Assembly (NCBI RefSeq): GCF_050436765.1
Contig: NZ_JBNQGD010000066.1
Coordinates: 1,105-59,373 of the forward strand
Source: Arachidicoccus sp.
Lineage (GTDB): Bacteria > Bacteroidota > Bacteroidia > Chitinophagales > Chitinophagaceae
DNA: 58,269 nt
Direction of reading: 5' to 3'
Within the stretch, counting starts at the first letter, position 1, and every line of letters begins with the position of its first letter. The notes below the pieces were generated by a model that had not been told where the DNA came from, did no database searches, and worked only from the letters and a program-made list of their open reading frames with translations. This document shows, piece after piece, positions 11,173 to 21,862 of this stretch. Made by a program: the position numbers and the translations under genes.

Positions 11173-11203
11173 CAATCCCAATGAAAAAATTGGGGTTATT
11201 ATT

Positions 11204-11509
11204 ATGTCGCAACGCATCAGAATAAAATTACAATCTTACGATCACAACTTGGTAGATAAATCTGCTGAAAAGATAGTTAAAACAGTACGAGGAACTGGAG
11301 CAGTGGTTACCGGCCCGATTCCTTTGCCGACACACAAAAGAATTTTCACTGTTTTACGTTCACCGCACGTGAATAAGAAAAGCCGTGAACAATTTCAGTT
11401 GGCAACGCACAAACGCTTATTGGATATCTATACTTCTTCTTCGAGAACTGTAGATGCACTGAGCAAGTTGGATTTACCTTCTGGCGTTGAAGTGGAAATA
11501 AAGGCATAA
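11204..11509 (+). CDS. rpsJ: 30S ribosomal protein S10
   Basis: [17 protein letters not shown] and [13 protein letters not shown]. Confidence 0.99.
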   Translation: MSQRIRIKLQSYDHNLVDKSAEKIVKTVRGTGAVVTGPIPLPTHKRIFTVLRSPHVNKKSREQFQLATHKRLLDIYTSSSRTVDALSKLDLPSGVEVEIKA

Positions 11510-11789
11510 GTTGTCCAGATTTCAAATCTGACAAATAGTTTTAAACTAATAATATCATCTCTCAATTTTGCAAATGCAAAAGAAAAGAGCTCTGATTGGA
11601 AAATATTCAAACACAATTTGTTTGAACTGTAAATATAAAAAAACAGGCCCTTCGAGGTTTGTTGACTACCGGTACTTCTGAAGTTTAAATGTTTAAACGA
11701 CAAAGGAAAAGGTCGGTGGAAAACAGGGATTGAAATACCGCTTCATTCGGTATTGTCTCAACAACCTAGCGGGGCGAAAAACCGCAAAA

Positions 11790-12407
11790 ATGAAAGGAAT
11801 CATTGGAAAAAAAATTGGGATGACCAGCGTCTATGGCCCGGAAGGCAAACAGGTAGCTGTGACCATCATTGAAGCAACACCGAATGTTGTAACACAAATC
11901 AAGAGTCAGGAAACTGACGGGTACAACGCGCTTCAGCTTGCTATTGGCGACAAGAAAGAGAAAAACGCCACAAAAGCAGCCATCAATCACTTCGCAAAAG
12001 CCAACACTTCGGCTAAGAAAATTGTAAAAGAATTTCGCGATTATTCAATCGAAAAAAATATTGGAGACACCATATCTGTGGACATTTTTACCGAAGGTGA
12101 AACTGTTGATGTAGTAGGTATTACAAAAGGTAAAGGTTTTCAAGGCGTTGTAAAACGTCATGGATTTTCCGGTGTTGGTGAAGCATCTCACGGGCAGCAT
12201 GACCGTTCTCGCGCACCAGGATCTATCGGGGGCTCTTCTTATCCTTCAAGAGTATTTAAAGGAATGAGAATGGCAGGCCGCATGGGTTCTGATCGTGTAA
12301 AACTAAAAGGGCTGAAAGTGGTTAAAATTTTCGCAGAGAAAAATTATATCCTTATCAGCGGTTCAGTTCCCGGTCACATTGGTTCAACCGTTTTCATCCA
12401 AAAATAA
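11790..12407 (+). CDS. rplC: 50S ribosomal protein L3
   Basis: [26 protein letters not shown] and [13 protein letters not shown]. Start moved to the ATG at 11790. Confidence 0.98.
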   Translation: MKGIIGKKIGMTSVYGPEGKQVAVTIIEATPNVVTQIKSQETDGYNALQLAIGDKKEKNATKAAINHFAKANTSAKKIVKEFRDYSIEKNIGDTISVDIFTEGETVDVVGITKGKGFQGVVKRHGFSGVGEASHGQHDRSRAPGSIGGSSYPSRVFKGMRMAGRMGSDRVKLKGLKVVKIFAEKNYILISGSVPGHIGSTVFIQK

Positions 12408-12457
12408 AAGTAAAGATAATTTAGCAACAATTAATCTTTACCAAAAATGAAACAAAA

Positions 12458-13093
12458 ATGCAATTAGAAGTTTTAAATACAACAGGAAAAACAACAGGAC
12501 GTTCTATAGAACTACCTGACGAAATATTTGGTGTTGAGCCAAACGATCACGTAATTTATTTGGCAGTGAAACAGCATCTTGCTTCACAACGTCAAGGTAC
12601 ACATAAGGTAAAAACACGTGCTGAAGTACAAGGTGCCAGCCGTAAATTACACAAACAAAAAGGGACTGGTGGTTCTCGTAAAGGGAACATTCGTAACCCA
12701 TTATATAAAGGTGGTGGTACTATTTTCGGACCAAAGCCGCATGCTTATAATATTAAGCTGAATAGAAAGGTGAAAGATTTGGCTAAAGTAAGTGCGCTTT
12801 CTCATAAAGCTAAAGACAATGCTATCATTGTTTTAGAAGATTTATCTTATGAAGCCCCAAAAACAAAGCAATTTGTTGAAGTGCTGAAAAATATTAATGC
12901 AGCTGGTAAAAAAGTTTTATTTGTTTTACCTGATTATAATGATAATGTTTATTTGAGTTTGAGGAACTTGCCAAGAATAGGAAGCACTTTGCTAGCAGAT
13001 ATCAATACTTATGATGTAATTAATGCAGACTTAGTTGTTTTTACAGAAAACGCGGCAAAAATTTTAAACGAGAAAGAAGAAGTAGCTGCTTAA
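12458..13093 (+). CDS. rplD: 50S ribosomal protein L4
   Basis: RQGTHKVKTRAEV, QKGTGGSR and GGGTIFGPKP. Confidence 0.98.
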   Translation: MQLEVLNTTGKTTGRSIELPDEIFGVEPNDHVIYLAVKQHLASQRQGTHKVKTRAEVQGASRKLHKQKGTGGSRKGNIRNPLYKGGGTIFGPKPHAYNIKLNRKVKDLAKVSALSHKAKDNAIIVLEDLSYEAPKTKQFVEVLKNINAAGKKVLFVLPDYNDNVYLSLRNLPRIGSTLLADINTYDVINADLVVFTENAAKILNEKEEVAA

Positions 13094-13121
13094 TTAGCGA
13101 ATTTTTTAAAAATTATTACAG

Positions 13122-13421
13122 ATGAAACTTAGTGAAGTTTTAGTGAAACCCATACTTACCGAAAAGGCAAATGCACAAAGTGAGAAATTGAATAAATTCA
13201 CTTTTCGCGTAAGCCGTAGGGCTAACAAGTTGGAAATAAAAGATGCAGTAGAAGCTTTTTATGGTGTAACCGTAAAAGAAGTACACACCGTTGTTGTTCC
13301 TGCAAAAAATAAAACGCGCTTTACAAAAGCCGGCTATATTAAAGGTCAAAAACCTGCTTATAAAAAAGCTTATGTAACTGTTGCTGAAGGCGATTCAATC
13401 GATTTGTACGCCAGCATTTAG
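13122..13421 (+). CDS. rplW: 50S ribosomal protein L23
   Basis: PILTEKA, ANKLEIKDAVE and YKKAYVT; gene order. Confidence 0.97.
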   Translation: MKLSEVLVKPILTEKANAQSEKLNKFTFRVSRRANKLEIKDAVEAFYGVTVKEVHTVVVPAKNKTRFTKAGYIKGQKPAYKKAYVTVAEGDSIDLYASI

Positions 13422-13476
13422 TAAATTATTAATTTATAGTAAGCGAAGCTGAGAATTTCGCACAAACAAAAATAAA

Positions 13477-14316
13477 ATGGCATTAAAAAAATATAAACCA
13501 ATGACCGCGGGTACTCGCTGGAAAATTGGAAATGCATACGCGGAAATTACGACTAACGAACCCGAGAAGAGTTTGTTAGAAAAGAAACATAGCAAAGCAG
13601 GACGTAACTTTCAGGGCCGTCAGGTAATGCGTTACAAAGGTGGTGGACACAGGAAACATTACCGTATTATCGATTTCAAAAGAGATAAAGTAAACATAGA
13701 GGCTAAAGTTGTTTCTATTGAATATGATCCAAATCGTACAGCATTTATTGCCTTGTTGCAATATACTGATGGCGAAAAGAGATATATCATTGCTCCCCAG
13801 GGTTTGCAAGTAGGCGCTGCTGTAATGTCTGGAGACGCTGTTGCACCTGAGTTGGGTAATGCATTGAAAATGCGTAACATGCCTTTGGGTACTACAATTC
13901 ATAATATTGAATTGCAGCCTAAACAAGGTGCTAAGATGGCCCGCAGCGCTGGCACTTCGGCTCAATTGAGCAATAAGGAAGAAAAATACGCCATCTTAAA
14001 AATGCCTTCTGGCGAGTTGAGAAAAGTATTGATTGATGGTTATGCGACTGTTGGTGTTGTTTCCAATAGCGATCACAACTTGGAAAGTGTTGGTAAAGCT
14101 GGTGCTAATCGTTGGAGAGGTATTCGCCCACGCACGAGAGGTGTGGCAATGAATCCAGTAGATCACCCGATGGGTGGTGGTGAAGGTCGTGCTTCTGGTG
14201 GACATCCACGTTCTCGTACTGGTAAATACGCGAAAGGCGAAATTACCCGTAAGAAAAAGGGCTCTGATAAATTAATCATCCAAAGAAGCAACGGTAAGAA
14301 ATTGTCTAACAAGTAA
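13477..14316 (+). CDS. rplB: 50S ribosomal protein L2
   Basis: IEYDPNRTA and [17 protein letters not shown]. Confidence 0.99.
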   Translation: MALKKYKPMTAGTRWKIGNAYAEITTNEPEKSLLEKKHSKAGRNFQGRQVMRYKGGGHRKHYRIIDFKRDKVNIEAKVVSIEYDPNRTAFIALLQYTDGEKRYIIAPQGLQVGAAVMSGDAVAPELGNALKMRNMPLGTTIHNIELQPKQGAKMARSAGTSAQLSNKEEKYAILKMPSGELRKVLIDGYATVGVVSNSDHNLESVGKAGANRWRGIRPRTRGVAMNPVDHPMGGGEGRASGGHPRSRTGKYAKGEITRKKKGSDKLIIQRSNGKKLSNK

Positions 14317-14374
14317 TCTATTGTTAAAATGGTTTCGTAGATAACGAAACAAATAAACAAACTTAATATAAACT

Positions 14375-14644
14375 ATGGGTCGTTCAATTAAAAAAGGTCC
14401 TTATGTAGATGCAAAACTTGAAGAAAAGGTTTTAGCCATCACCGAAGGAAAAGCAAAAAAAGCAGTTGTAAAAACTTGGAGTCGTCGTTCTACTATTACA
14501 CCGGATTTTGTAGGACAAACATTTGCAGTTCACAACGGGAACAAATTTATTCCTGTATATGTAACTGAGTTTATGGTTGGTCACAAATTAGGTGAATTTG
14601 CCCCGACAAGAAACTTTAGAGGTCACTCAGGTAGCAAAAAATAA
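14375..14644 (+). CDS. rpsS: 30S ribosomal protein S19
   Basis: [18 protein letters not shown] and [11 protein letters not shown]. Confidence 0.99.
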   Translation: MGRSIKKGPYVDAKLEEKVLAITEGKAKKAVVKTWSRRSTITPDFVGQTFAVHNGNKFIPVYVTEFMVGHKLGEFAPTRNFRGHSGSKK

Positions 14645-14695
14645 TTGTAAAATTTGTGTTGATAGTAAAATAAATCAACACATAAATATAAGAAA

Positions 14696-15040
14696 ATGGA
14701 AGCAGTAGCTAAATTAAAAAATTATCCTACAGGACCGCGCAAGATGCGTTTGTTGGCTGATGTGATTCGTGGATTAGATGTTGAGAAATCCATCTCTATC
14801 TTAGAATTTCATCCTCAGCACAATGCAAAGCCTTTGGCTAAATTGTTGAGAAGCGCCATTGCCAACTGGGAACAAAAGAATGATGGGCAAAGTGCGGCAG
14901 ATGCCAACTTAGTTGTAAAGACCATTTTTGTTGACGGAGGCCGTTCAATCAAAAGGATGCGTCCAGCTCCGCAAGGACGTGGACATAAGATTCGTAAGCG
15001 TAGTAATCACGTTACAATCATTGTAGATCAAAAGGCTTAA
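14696..15040 (+). CDS. rplV: 50S ribosomal protein L22
   Basis: PRKMRLLADVIRG, SAIAN and KRSNHVTI. Confidence 0.98.
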   Translation: MEAVAKLKNYPTGPRKMRLLADVIRGLDVEKSISILEFHPQHNAKPLAKLLRSAIANWEQKNDGQSAADANLVVKTIFVDGGRSIKRMRPAPQGRGHKIRKRSNHVTIIVDQKA

Positions 15041-15133
15041 TTAGGAATAGAGTAATGAACAATCATTACCAATTTAAATAAATAAAAACTGAAAGATAGA
15101 TAGTATCAAACTTTCAAATTTCAAATCAACAAT

Positions 15134-15919
15134 ATGGGTCAAAAAGCAAATCCTATTGGTAACAGATTAGGAATCATCCGTGGATGGGACAGCAATTGGT
15201 ATGGCAGTAAAAAAGATTACGCCAATCGTTTGATTGAAGACAATAAGATTCGTACTTATCTTACAGCACGTATCAATAAAGGCGGTATCGCTAGAATTGT
15301 AATCGAACGTACTTTAGGTAAGTTGATTGTTACCATTCATACTTCAAAACCGGGTATTATCATTGGTAAAGGCGGTGGAGAAGTTGATCGTATCAAAGAA
15401 GAATTGAAGAAATTGACGAAGAAGGAAGATGTTCAAATAAACATCCTGGAAATTCGCCGTCCGGAAATAGATGCAGCAATTATTGGTGACACTATTGCGC
15501 GCCAAATCGAAAATCGTATCAATTTCAAACGTGCTATTAAGATGGCAGTAGCTTCAGCGCTTCGTATGGGTGCGGAAGGTATTAAAATTAAAGCGAGTGG
15601 CCGTTTAAATGGTGCTGAAATTGCTCGTTCTGAAGAATTTAAACAAGGTCGCGTTCCTTTGCATACTTTCCGTATGGATATCGACTATGCGAGCGTGTTC
15701 GCACAGACTGTTTATGGTAAAATTGGCTTGAAAATTTGGGTTTGTAAAGGAGAAGTTTTAGGTAAGAGAGATTTGAATCCAAATGCTTTGACTGGTGGTG
15801 ACTCAAAAGATAGAAGACCAAGTGGAGATCATCGCGCTGGTGGTGATAGAGATCGTGGTGACAGAAGGGGTGGCAGACCAGCACATGGCGCTGGCGATAG
15901 AAGAGATAGAAGAAACTAA
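15134..15919 (+). CDS. rpsC: 30S ribosomal protein S3
   Basis: [26 protein letters not shown] and GRVPLHTFR; Arg/Asp/Gly-rich tail. Confidence 0.99.
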   Translation: MGQKANPIGNRLGIIRGWDSNWYGSKKDYANRLIEDNKIRTYLTARINKGGIARIVIERTLGKLIVTIHTSKPGIIIGKGGGEVDRIKEELKKLTKKEDVQINILEIRRPEIDAAIIGDTIARQIENRINFKRAIKMAVASALRMGAEGIKIKASGRLNGAEIARSEEFKQGRVPLHTFRMDIDYASVFAQTVYGKIGLKIWVCKGEVLGKRDLNPNALTGGDSKDRRPSGDHRAGGDRDRGDRRGGRPAHGAGDRRDRRN

Positions 15920-15986
15920 GTTTCTTTGCATCTTAAAAAGTAATAAAATTTATAACGAACCGATTAAAGGTTAAAATAGGCTTATT

Positions 15987-16400
15987 ATGTTACAGCCAAA
16001 AAGAGCAAAACACAGGAAGGCACAGAAAGGACGCATCAGAAATGTAGCGAAAAGAGGTACAACTATATCATTTGGATCTTTTGCCTTAAAAGCGGTAGAA
16101 CCCATTTGGTTGAATAACCGTCAAATTGAAGCTGCACGTCAAGCAATGACTCGTGCAATGAAACGTGAAGGTAATGTTTGGATTAGAATATTTCCAGATA
16201 AACCAATTACTAAAAAGCCTGCGGAAGTACGTATGGGTAAAGGTAAAGGTAACCCTGAATATTGGGCTGCTGTTGTAGAGCCAGGGCGCATTATTTTTGA
16301 ATGTGATGGTGTAACAGCAGAAGTAGCTCAGAATGCGATGAAATTGGCCGCAGCTAAATTACCTATTGCAACAAAGTTTGTATCTCGCAGAGATTTATAA
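15987..16400 (+). CDS. rplP: 50S ribosomal protein L16
   Basis: [29 protein letters not shown]. Confidence 0.99.
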   Translation: MLQPKRAKHRKAQKGRIRNVAKRGTTISFGSFALKAVEPIWLNNRQIEAARQAMTRAMKREGNVWIRIFPDKPITKKPAEVRMGKGKGNPEYWAAVVEPGRIIFECDGVTAEVAQNAMKLAAAKLPIATKFVSRRDL

Positions 16401-16436
16401 TATGTGAGCTTCAGTAATAAATGTTTGAAATATTTG

Positions 16437-16444
16437 TACCTTTG
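16437..16444 (+). promoter_or_regulatory. Possible internal -7 promoter element before rpmC
   Basis: TACCTTTG(CA) in the rplP-rpmC gap; no clear -33 element. Confidence 0.5.
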
Positions 16445-16495
16445 CACACTTTGTTCCAAACAGTAGAATTTATCAATTAATAAAATTCATTCATA

Positions 16496-16705
16496 ATGCC
16501 TAATAAAATAGTAGCATTTAATAAAAGCCTCAATTCAATGTCTGTTGAAGACTTGAAGGCACGCGTTCAAGAAGATGAGCTTCGTTTGAAAAAAATGAAG
16601 TTTGCCCATGCTATTTCTCCTTTGGAAAATCCTATGAGCATTCGTCTTTTTAGAAAAGATATCGCGCGCATTAAAACTGAATTAAAAAAAAGAGAATTAG
16701 CGTAA
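16496..16705 (+). CDS. rpmC: 50S ribosomal protein L29
   Basis: HAISPLENPMSIR..RKDIARIKTEL; position between rplP and rpsQ. Confidence 0.96.
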   Translation: MPNKIVAFNKSLNSMSVEDLKARVQEDELRLKKMKFAHAISPLENPMSIRLFRKDIARIKTELKKRELA

Positions 16706-16743
16706 ATAAATATTGCTTCAAAAGCAATTAAAAATTAAGTAAA

Positions 16744-17001
16744 ATGACCGAAAGAAATTTGCGTAAATCAAGAGTAGGGATTGTAAGCAGTAACAAGATG
16801 ACTAAGACTATCACTGTGGCTGTTGAAAGAAAGGTAAAACACCCTATGTACGGTAAGTTTGTGAAGAAAACTACCAAGTTTCACGCACACGATGAAAAGA
16901 ATGAGGCGGCTATTGGCGATATCGTGAAGATTATGGAAACTCGCCCATTGAGTAAAACTAAACGCTGGCGTTTAGTGGAAATAGTAGAAAAAGCTAAATA
17001 A
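16744..17001 (+). CDS. rpsQ: 30S ribosomal protein S17
   Basis: [13 protein letters not shown] and [11 protein letters not shown]. Confidence 0.99.
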   Translation: MTERNLRKSRVGIVSSNKMTKTITVAVERKVKHPMYGKFVKKTTKFHAHDEKNEAAIGDIVKIMETRPLSKTKRWRLVEIVEKAK

Positions 17002-17095
17002 GCGATAGCTTATTTACTTAGGAAATTCCTATTTGAAAAATAAAATTGAATTAGATTAATATTTAATTATTAATCGAAGCTAAAAGCTAAATAAA

Positions 17096-17464
17096 ATGAT
17101 TCAGCAAGAAAGTAGGCTACGTGTAGCTGATAACAGTGGAGCAAAAGAAGTACTTTGTATTCGTGTACTTGGCAACTCTGGACAAGATTATGCAAAAATC
17201 GGTGATAAAATAGTTGTTACCGTTAAGGATGCGATACCTGCCGGTAATATCAAAAAAGGTACCGTTTCTAAAGCAGTAATTGTACGGACAACTAATAAAT
17301 TGCGTCGTAAAGATGGTTCTTATATTCGTTTTGATGATAATGCTGTTGTGTTATTAAACAATGCCGATGAGCCAAGGGGCACACGTATTTTCGGGCCAGT
17401 CGCTCGTGAGTTAAGAGACAAAGGACATATGAAAATTATTTCTTTGGCGCCCGAAGTTCTTTAA
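17096..17464 (+). CDS. rplN: 50S ribosomal protein L14
   Basis: [17 protein letters not shown] and [12 protein letters not shown]. Confidence 0.99.
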   Translation: MIQQESRLRVADNSGAKEVLCIRVLGNSGQDYAKIGDKIVVTVKDAIPAGNIKKGTVSKAVIVRTTNKLRRKDGSYIRFDDNAVVLLNNADEPRGTRIFGPVARELRDKGHMKIISLAPEVL

Positions 17465-17528
17465 GCTATAAAGGAAAAAATATTATTTAAGCTTTAAGCG
17501 ACAAGCTTTGAGCATTAAGCATACAAAT

Positions 17529-17867
17529 ATGATTAATAGATTTAAACCCAAATACAATATCAAAAAAGGCGATAAAGTTGTCATCATTGCTGGTGATGAT
17601 AAAGATCTTAAGAAACCTCGTACGATATTGCAAGTAATTACCGATAAAGGTCGCGTAGTAGTTGAAGGTGCAAACATTGTAACTAAACACACGAAACCAT
17701 CGGCTACGAATACCAAAGGTGGTATTATAAAAGTAGAAGCACCTATACACATTAGTAATGTGCAATTATGGGATGCTAAAGTCGGCGGGCCTGCGAAAAT
17801 TAAGCGCACTCGTGAAAATGGTAAACTAATTCGTATTTCAAAAAAATCCGGGGAGGCAATTAAATAA
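17529..17867 (+). CDS. rplX: 50S ribosomal protein L24
   Basis: [12 protein letters not shown] and EAPIHISNV. Start moved to the ATG at 17529. Confidence 0.97.
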   Translation: MINRFKPKYNIKKGDKVVIIAGDDKDLKKPRTILQVITDKGRVVVEGANIVTKHTKPSATNTKGGIIKVEAPIHISNVQLWDAKVGGPAKIKRTRENGKLIRISKKSGEAIK

Positions 17868-18442
17868 TGAGCACACAAAAATATTCGCCAAGATTGGCAG
17901 AAAAATATACGAAAGAAGTAGTCCCTACTTTAATTAAGAAGTTTGCATATACAACGCCTATGCAGGCGCCTAAATTGGAAAAGATTTGTTTAAACCGCGG
18001 TGTAAATGGTGCAGTTTCTGATAAGAAATTGGTTGAAATTGCGGTTGATGAACTTACTATGATTTCTGGGCAAAAAGCGGTCACGACTTTTTCTAAGAAA
18101 GATATCTCCAATTTTAAATTGCGTAAAGGCATGCCGATAGGTGCGCGTGTAACTTTGCGTGGAGAAAAAATGTATGAGTTTTTAGATAGGCTGATTTCCG
18201 TGTCTTTACCACGTGTACGTGATTTCAAAGGCATTAGCGATAAAGCTTTCGATGGCCGTGGAAATTACACTTTGGGTGTTACCGAACAAATCATTTTCCC
18301 TGAAATCGATATTGATAAAGTAAATAAAATTACTGGTCTCGACATCACTTTCGTGACTTCAGCTAATTCGAATGATGAAGCTTATGAATTATTGAAAGAG
18401 CTTGGATTGCCTTTCAAAAATATTAAAAAAGAAAACAATTAA
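17867..18442 (+). CDS. rplE: 50S ribosomal protein L5
   Basis: [22 protein letters not shown] and FDGRGNY. Confidence 0.99.
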   Translation: MSTQKYSPRLAEKYTKEVVPTLIKKFAYTTPMQAPKLEKICLNRGVNGAVSDKKLVEIAVDELTMISGQKAVTTFSKKDISNFKLRKGMPIGARVTLRGEKMYEFLDRLISVSLPRVRDFKGISDKAFDGRGNYTLGVTEQIIFPEIDIDKVNKITGLDITFVTSANSNDEAYELLKELGLPFKNIKKENN

Positions 18443-18524
18443 TTAAGCAATTTGGAAATTTGAAGATATATTCTTCAATTTCAATATCAAATTGTCAGAT
18501 TATCAAATAGTCAAATTAAAAATT

Positions 18525-18794
18525 ATGGCAAAAGAATCAATTAAAGCCAGACAGAGAAAGCGCGAGGCAATGGTGGAAAAATATGCGGTAAAACGTGCAG
18601 CTTTGAAGGAAGCCGGGGATTATGCGGCATTGGATAAGCTTCCTAGAAATGCTTCACCTGTGCGTCTGAAAAACCGTTGTCAGCTTACAGGTCGTCCGAG
18701 AGGCTATATCAGATACTTTGGTTTATCTAGAGTAATCTTTAGAGATATGGCTCTTGATGGCAAGATACCAGGTGTTAAAAAAGCAAGCTGGTAA
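18525..18794 (+). CDS. rpsN: 30S ribosomal protein S14 (zinc-independent type, 89 aa)
   Basis: [31 protein letters not shown]. Start at ATG 18525. Confidence 0.98.
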   Translation: MAKESIKARQRKREAMVEKYAVKRAALKEAGDYAALDKLPRNASPVRLKNRCQLTGRPRGYIRYFGLSRVIFRDMALDGKIPGVKKASW

Positions 18795-18872
18795 TAATAG
18801 TTTAGCCGTTATTAATAATTATTGACGACAGCAACATTAATCAATTTTACAACCGTATTAATTTAGATACAA

Positions 18873-19271
18873 ATGGTAACAGATCCTATAGCAGACTTTT
18901 TGACCAGGGTTCGTAATGCTCAGATGGCAGGTCATAGAATTGTAGAAATTCCTGCTTCAAATTTGAAAAAACGTATGACTGAAATATTGTACGCTCAAGG
19001 TTATATCTTAAAATATAAATTTGAGGACGACAATAAACAAGGCATTATTAAGATCGCGTTGAAATACGATCCGACAACTAAGCTTCCGGCTATTCAATCT
19101 CTGGAACGTATTAGTCGTCCAGGATTACGTCAATACTCAAAACCTGCTGACTTCAAAAGAGTAATCAATGGTTTGGGTGTAGCGATCATCAGCACGTCAA
19201 AAGGTGTGATGACGGACAAACAGGCAAGAGCGGAAAATGTAGGTGGAGAAGTTCTTTGCCACATTTATTAA
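18873..19271 (+). CDS. rpsH: 30S ribosomal protein S8
   Basis: DPIADFLTRVRNA, ISRPGLR and STSKGVMTD. Confidence 0.99.
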   Translation: MVTDPIADFLTRVRNAQMAGHRIVEIPASNLKKRMTEILYAQGYILKYKFEDDNKQGIIKIALKYDPTTKLPAIQSLERISRPGLRQYSKPADFKRVINGLGVAIISTSKGVMTDKQARAENVGGEVLCHIY

Positions 19272-19354
19272 TAAAAATTGGTTTTAAATACATTAAGCCG
19301 CACATACACGGCTGACCGGTTTAAAACATTTACTTCATATTTAAATTTTATTGT

Positions 19355-19909
19355 ATGTCTCGTATTGGCAATCAACCCATAAATATACCTGCAGGAGTAA
19401 CTGTTAGTGTTGGGAAAGATAATATCGTAACTGTAAAAGGAGCTAAAGGTGAACTAAAGCAAGCAGTAGATCGCGATATAAAAGTGGAAGTGAATGGCTC
19501 TGTCATAAACATAAGTCGTCCTACTGAGCAAATTCGTCACAAGGCGTTGCATGGTTTATACCGTTCAATTATTTCTAATTTGGTAAAAGGTGTTTCTGAA
19601 GGGTTTAAAAAAGATTTGGAACTAGTTGGGGTTGGTTATAAAGCATCGAACCAAGGTAATGTGTTAGATTTGGCTTTAGGTTATTCACACAACATTATAT
19701 TTGATGTTCCCAAAGAATTGAAAGTTTCTACTGAAACTGTAAAAGGTAAGAATCCGCTGATTCTTTTAGAAAGCCACGACAAACAATTGTTGGGGCAGGT
19801 AGCAGCAAAACTGCGTAGTCTACGTAAACCAGAACCGTACAAAGGGAAAGGGGTTAGATATGTTGGTGAAGTTGTTCGCCGTAAAGCAGGTAAAGCAGCC
19901 GGTAAATAA
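19355..19909 (+). CDS. rplF: 50S ribosomal protein L6
   Basis: MSRIG, GVGYKA and PEPYKGKGVRY. Confidence 0.99.
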   Translation: MSRIGNQPINIPAGVTVSVGKDNIVTVKGAKGELKQAVDRDIKVEVNGSVINISRPTEQIRHKALHGLYRSIISNLVKGVSEGFKKDLELVGVGYKASNQGNVLDLALGYSHNIIFDVPKELKVSTETVKGKNPLILLESHDKQLLGQVAAKLRSLRKPEPYKGKGVRYVGEVVRRKAGKAAGK

Positions 19910-20006
19910 TATCATTACTAGTAAACTTTTATTACTAATTGGTTACTTACAAAATAAATTCGCTATAACATTTTCCGGCAGCATCGGAAAATAAAATAAA
20001 AAAGCA

Positions 20007-20360
20007 ATGAGCAATACGTTACAAAAAAAACAGAAAATACGTTACCGCATTCGTAAGAAGGTGGCTGGTACTGCAGCAAAACCACGTTTGTCGGTATTTC
20101 GCAGCAATAACGAATTATATCTTCAATTGATTAATGATGATGATAGTGTGACTATTACATCTGCCTCTACCAGAGATAAAGATATAGTTGCGCAAGCAGG
20201 TACTAAAACTGAAAAGTCGAAATTAGCCGGATCGGCAATTGGCCGTAAGGCGCTTGATTTAGGCGTAAAAGAAGTTGTATTCGATCGCGGTGGAAGTTTG
20301 TATCATGGTCGTGTGAAAGCTGCGGCTGAAGGTGCAAGAGAAGCTGGCTTGCAATTTTAA
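20007..20360 (+). CDS. rplR: 50S ribosomal protein L18
   Basis: PRLSVFRSN and VFDRGGSLYHGRV. Confidence 0.98.
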   Translation: MSNTLQKKQKIRYRIRKKVAGTAAKPRLSVFRSNNELYLQLINDDDSVTITSASTRDKDIVAQAGTKTEKSKLAGSAIGRKALDLGVKEVVFDRGGSLYHGRVKAAAEGAREAGLQF

Positions 20361-20393
20361 TTTAATTTTTATAGAAAAAGTAAATAGATTTAA

Positions 20394-20915
20394 ATGTCTA
20401 ATTCAAACATACAAAGGGTAAAACCTACAGCTGATGCTGAACTGAAAGAAAAAGTGGTTTCTATCAATCGTGTAGTGAAGACTACTAAAGGCGGACGTAC
20501 ATTCAGTTTCTCTGCTTTAGTTGTAGTAGGCAATGGTAGCGGATTGGTGGGTCAAGGTCTAGGGAAAGCTAAAGAAGTTCAGGAAGCTATCGTTAAAGGT
20601 ATTGAAGACGCGAAGAAGAACTTAGTAAAAGTTCCAATTCGTCACGGTACAATACCTCACGAACAGTTTGCCAAAGAAGGCGCTGCAAAAGTATTAATTA
20701 AACCAGCTGCACAAGGTACTGGTGTAATCGCCGGAGGCAGCATGCGTGCTGTTTTGGAGAGTGCGGGTATAACTGATGTTTTATCTAAAAACTTAGGTTC
20801 TGCAAATCCACAAAACGTGGTAAAAGCTACCGTGAAAGCATTGACTATGTTACGCGAACCAATTGGAGTTGCTAAACAAAGAAACATAAAGCTTAGCAAG
20901 GTATTTAATGGATAA
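20394..20915 (+). CDS. rpsE: 30S ribosomal protein S5
   Basis: [21 protein letters not shown] and GTGVIAGG. Confidence 0.99.
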   Translation: MSNSNIQRVKPTADAELKEKVVSINRVVKTTKGGRTFSFSALVVVGNGSGLVGQGLGKAKEVQEAIVKGIEDAKKNLVKVPIRHGTIPHEQFAKEGAAKVLIKPAAQGTGVIAGGSMRAVLESAGITDVLSKNLGSANPQNVVKATVKALTMLREPIGVAKQRNIKLSKVFNG

Positions 20916-20956
20916 AATCTAGTTAAAAGCTAAAAGATGGAACTTTTTGGAGAGAT

Positions 20957-20984
20957 TTTCAACTTTTAACTTTCAACTTTCAAC
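20957..20984 (+). repeat. Short tandem heptamer repeat (TTTYAAC)x4
   Basis: TTTCAAC TTTTAAC TTTCAAC TTTCAAC; partly complementary AGTTAAAAGCTAAAAG at 20921-20936. Confidence 0.7.
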
Positions 20985-20994
20985 TCATAATAAA

Positions 20995-21174
20995 ATGGCA
21001 AAAATTAAAGTAACACAAATTAAGAGTTCAATTGATAGGCCTGAACGTCAGAAACTAACTTTGAAGGCTTTGGGATTGAATAAGCTAAATGCGTCAAAAG
21101 AAGTAGAAGCTACCCTACAAATAGAAGGCATGGTTAAAAAAGTAAGCCATCTTGTAAAAGTGGAAACTGTTTAA
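20995..21174 (+). CDS. rpmD: 50S ribosomal protein L30
   Basis: MAKIKVTQIKSSI, TLKALGL and VSHLVKVE. Start at ATG 20995. Confidence 0.97.
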   Translation: MAKIKVTQIKSSIDRPERQKLTLKALGLNKLNASKEVEATLQIEGMVKKVSHLVKVETV

Positions 21175-21181
21175 CTATTTC

Positions 21182-21211
21182 TTTGATAGTAAAAATAAAC
21201 GGTTATTTTTG
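21182..21211 (+). promoter_or_regulatory. Internal sigma-70 promoter before rplO
   Basis: TTTG (21182-21185), 18-nt spacer, TATTTTTG (21204-21211). Confidence 0.55.
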
Positions 21212-21271
21212 CTGACCTTAATTTAAAATATAGCGAGGGGCGATTCCCCGTTGAGTCTAAAAATCAAAAAG

Positions 21272-21721
21272 ATGAAATTACATAATTTGAAGCCTGCAGA
21301 AGGCGCGGTACACAAACAGAAACGTATTGGACGTGGTGAAGCATCAGGTAAAGGTGGCACTTCTACAAAAGGTAATAAAGGTCAACAAAGCCGTGCCGGT
21401 TACCAATTGAAATTGGCGCACGAAGGTGGTCAAATGCCTATTCAACGTAGAGTCCCTAAGCGTGGTTTCAAAAATCCAAACCACATTACTTTTAAAGTGT
21501 TTAACTTAGCTCAAATTGAGTTGTTAGTTGAAAAATATGAATTGAAGGAATTTTCTTTAGAGAGTCTATACGTCAACGGCCTGGTTTCCAGAACTGATAA
21601 AGTAAAGATCTTGGGTAACGGAGAGCTAGCAACAAAATTAAATTTTAAAGTACACGCAGTTAGCGCCAAAGCCAAAGCAGTCATTGAATCGGCTGGCGGT
21701 ACGGTGGAAGTTTTAAATTAA
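21272..21721 (+). CDS. rplO: 50S ribosomal protein L15
   Basis: MKLHNLKPAEG, RIGRG and EGGQMPIQRRVPKRGF. Start at ATG 21272. Confidence 0.98.
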   Translation: MKLHNLKPAEGAVHKQKRIGRGEASGKGGTSTKGNKGQQSRAGYQLKLAHEGGQMPIQRRVPKRGFKNPNHITFKVFNLAQIELLVEKYELKEFSLESLYVNGLVSRTDKVKILGNGELATKLNFKVHAVSAKAKAVIESAGGTVEVLN

Positions 21722-21738
21722 TTTTAAAAATATATTCC

Positions 21739-21765
21739 GGACGCATCCACAAGATGCGTCCTTTT
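21739..21765 (+). terminator. Intrinsic-terminator-like hairpin between rplO and secY
   Basis: GGACGCATC-cacaa-GATGCGTCC followed by TTTT. Confidence 0.6.
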
Positions 21766-21862
21766 GCCTTAAATTGCACTGCCTTTTGCCCTGTTGAAAA
21801 TTATTGTCAATAATGTATTAAGGAAAAGTATTTAGAACTAAACATATAATTACGCGAAGGGA

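Noticed and set aside
11730-21271. Extended TTG starts given for rplC, rplX, rpsN, rpmD and rplO
   Set aside because: The conserved N-termini begin at downstream ATGs (11790, 17529, 18525, 20995, 21272).
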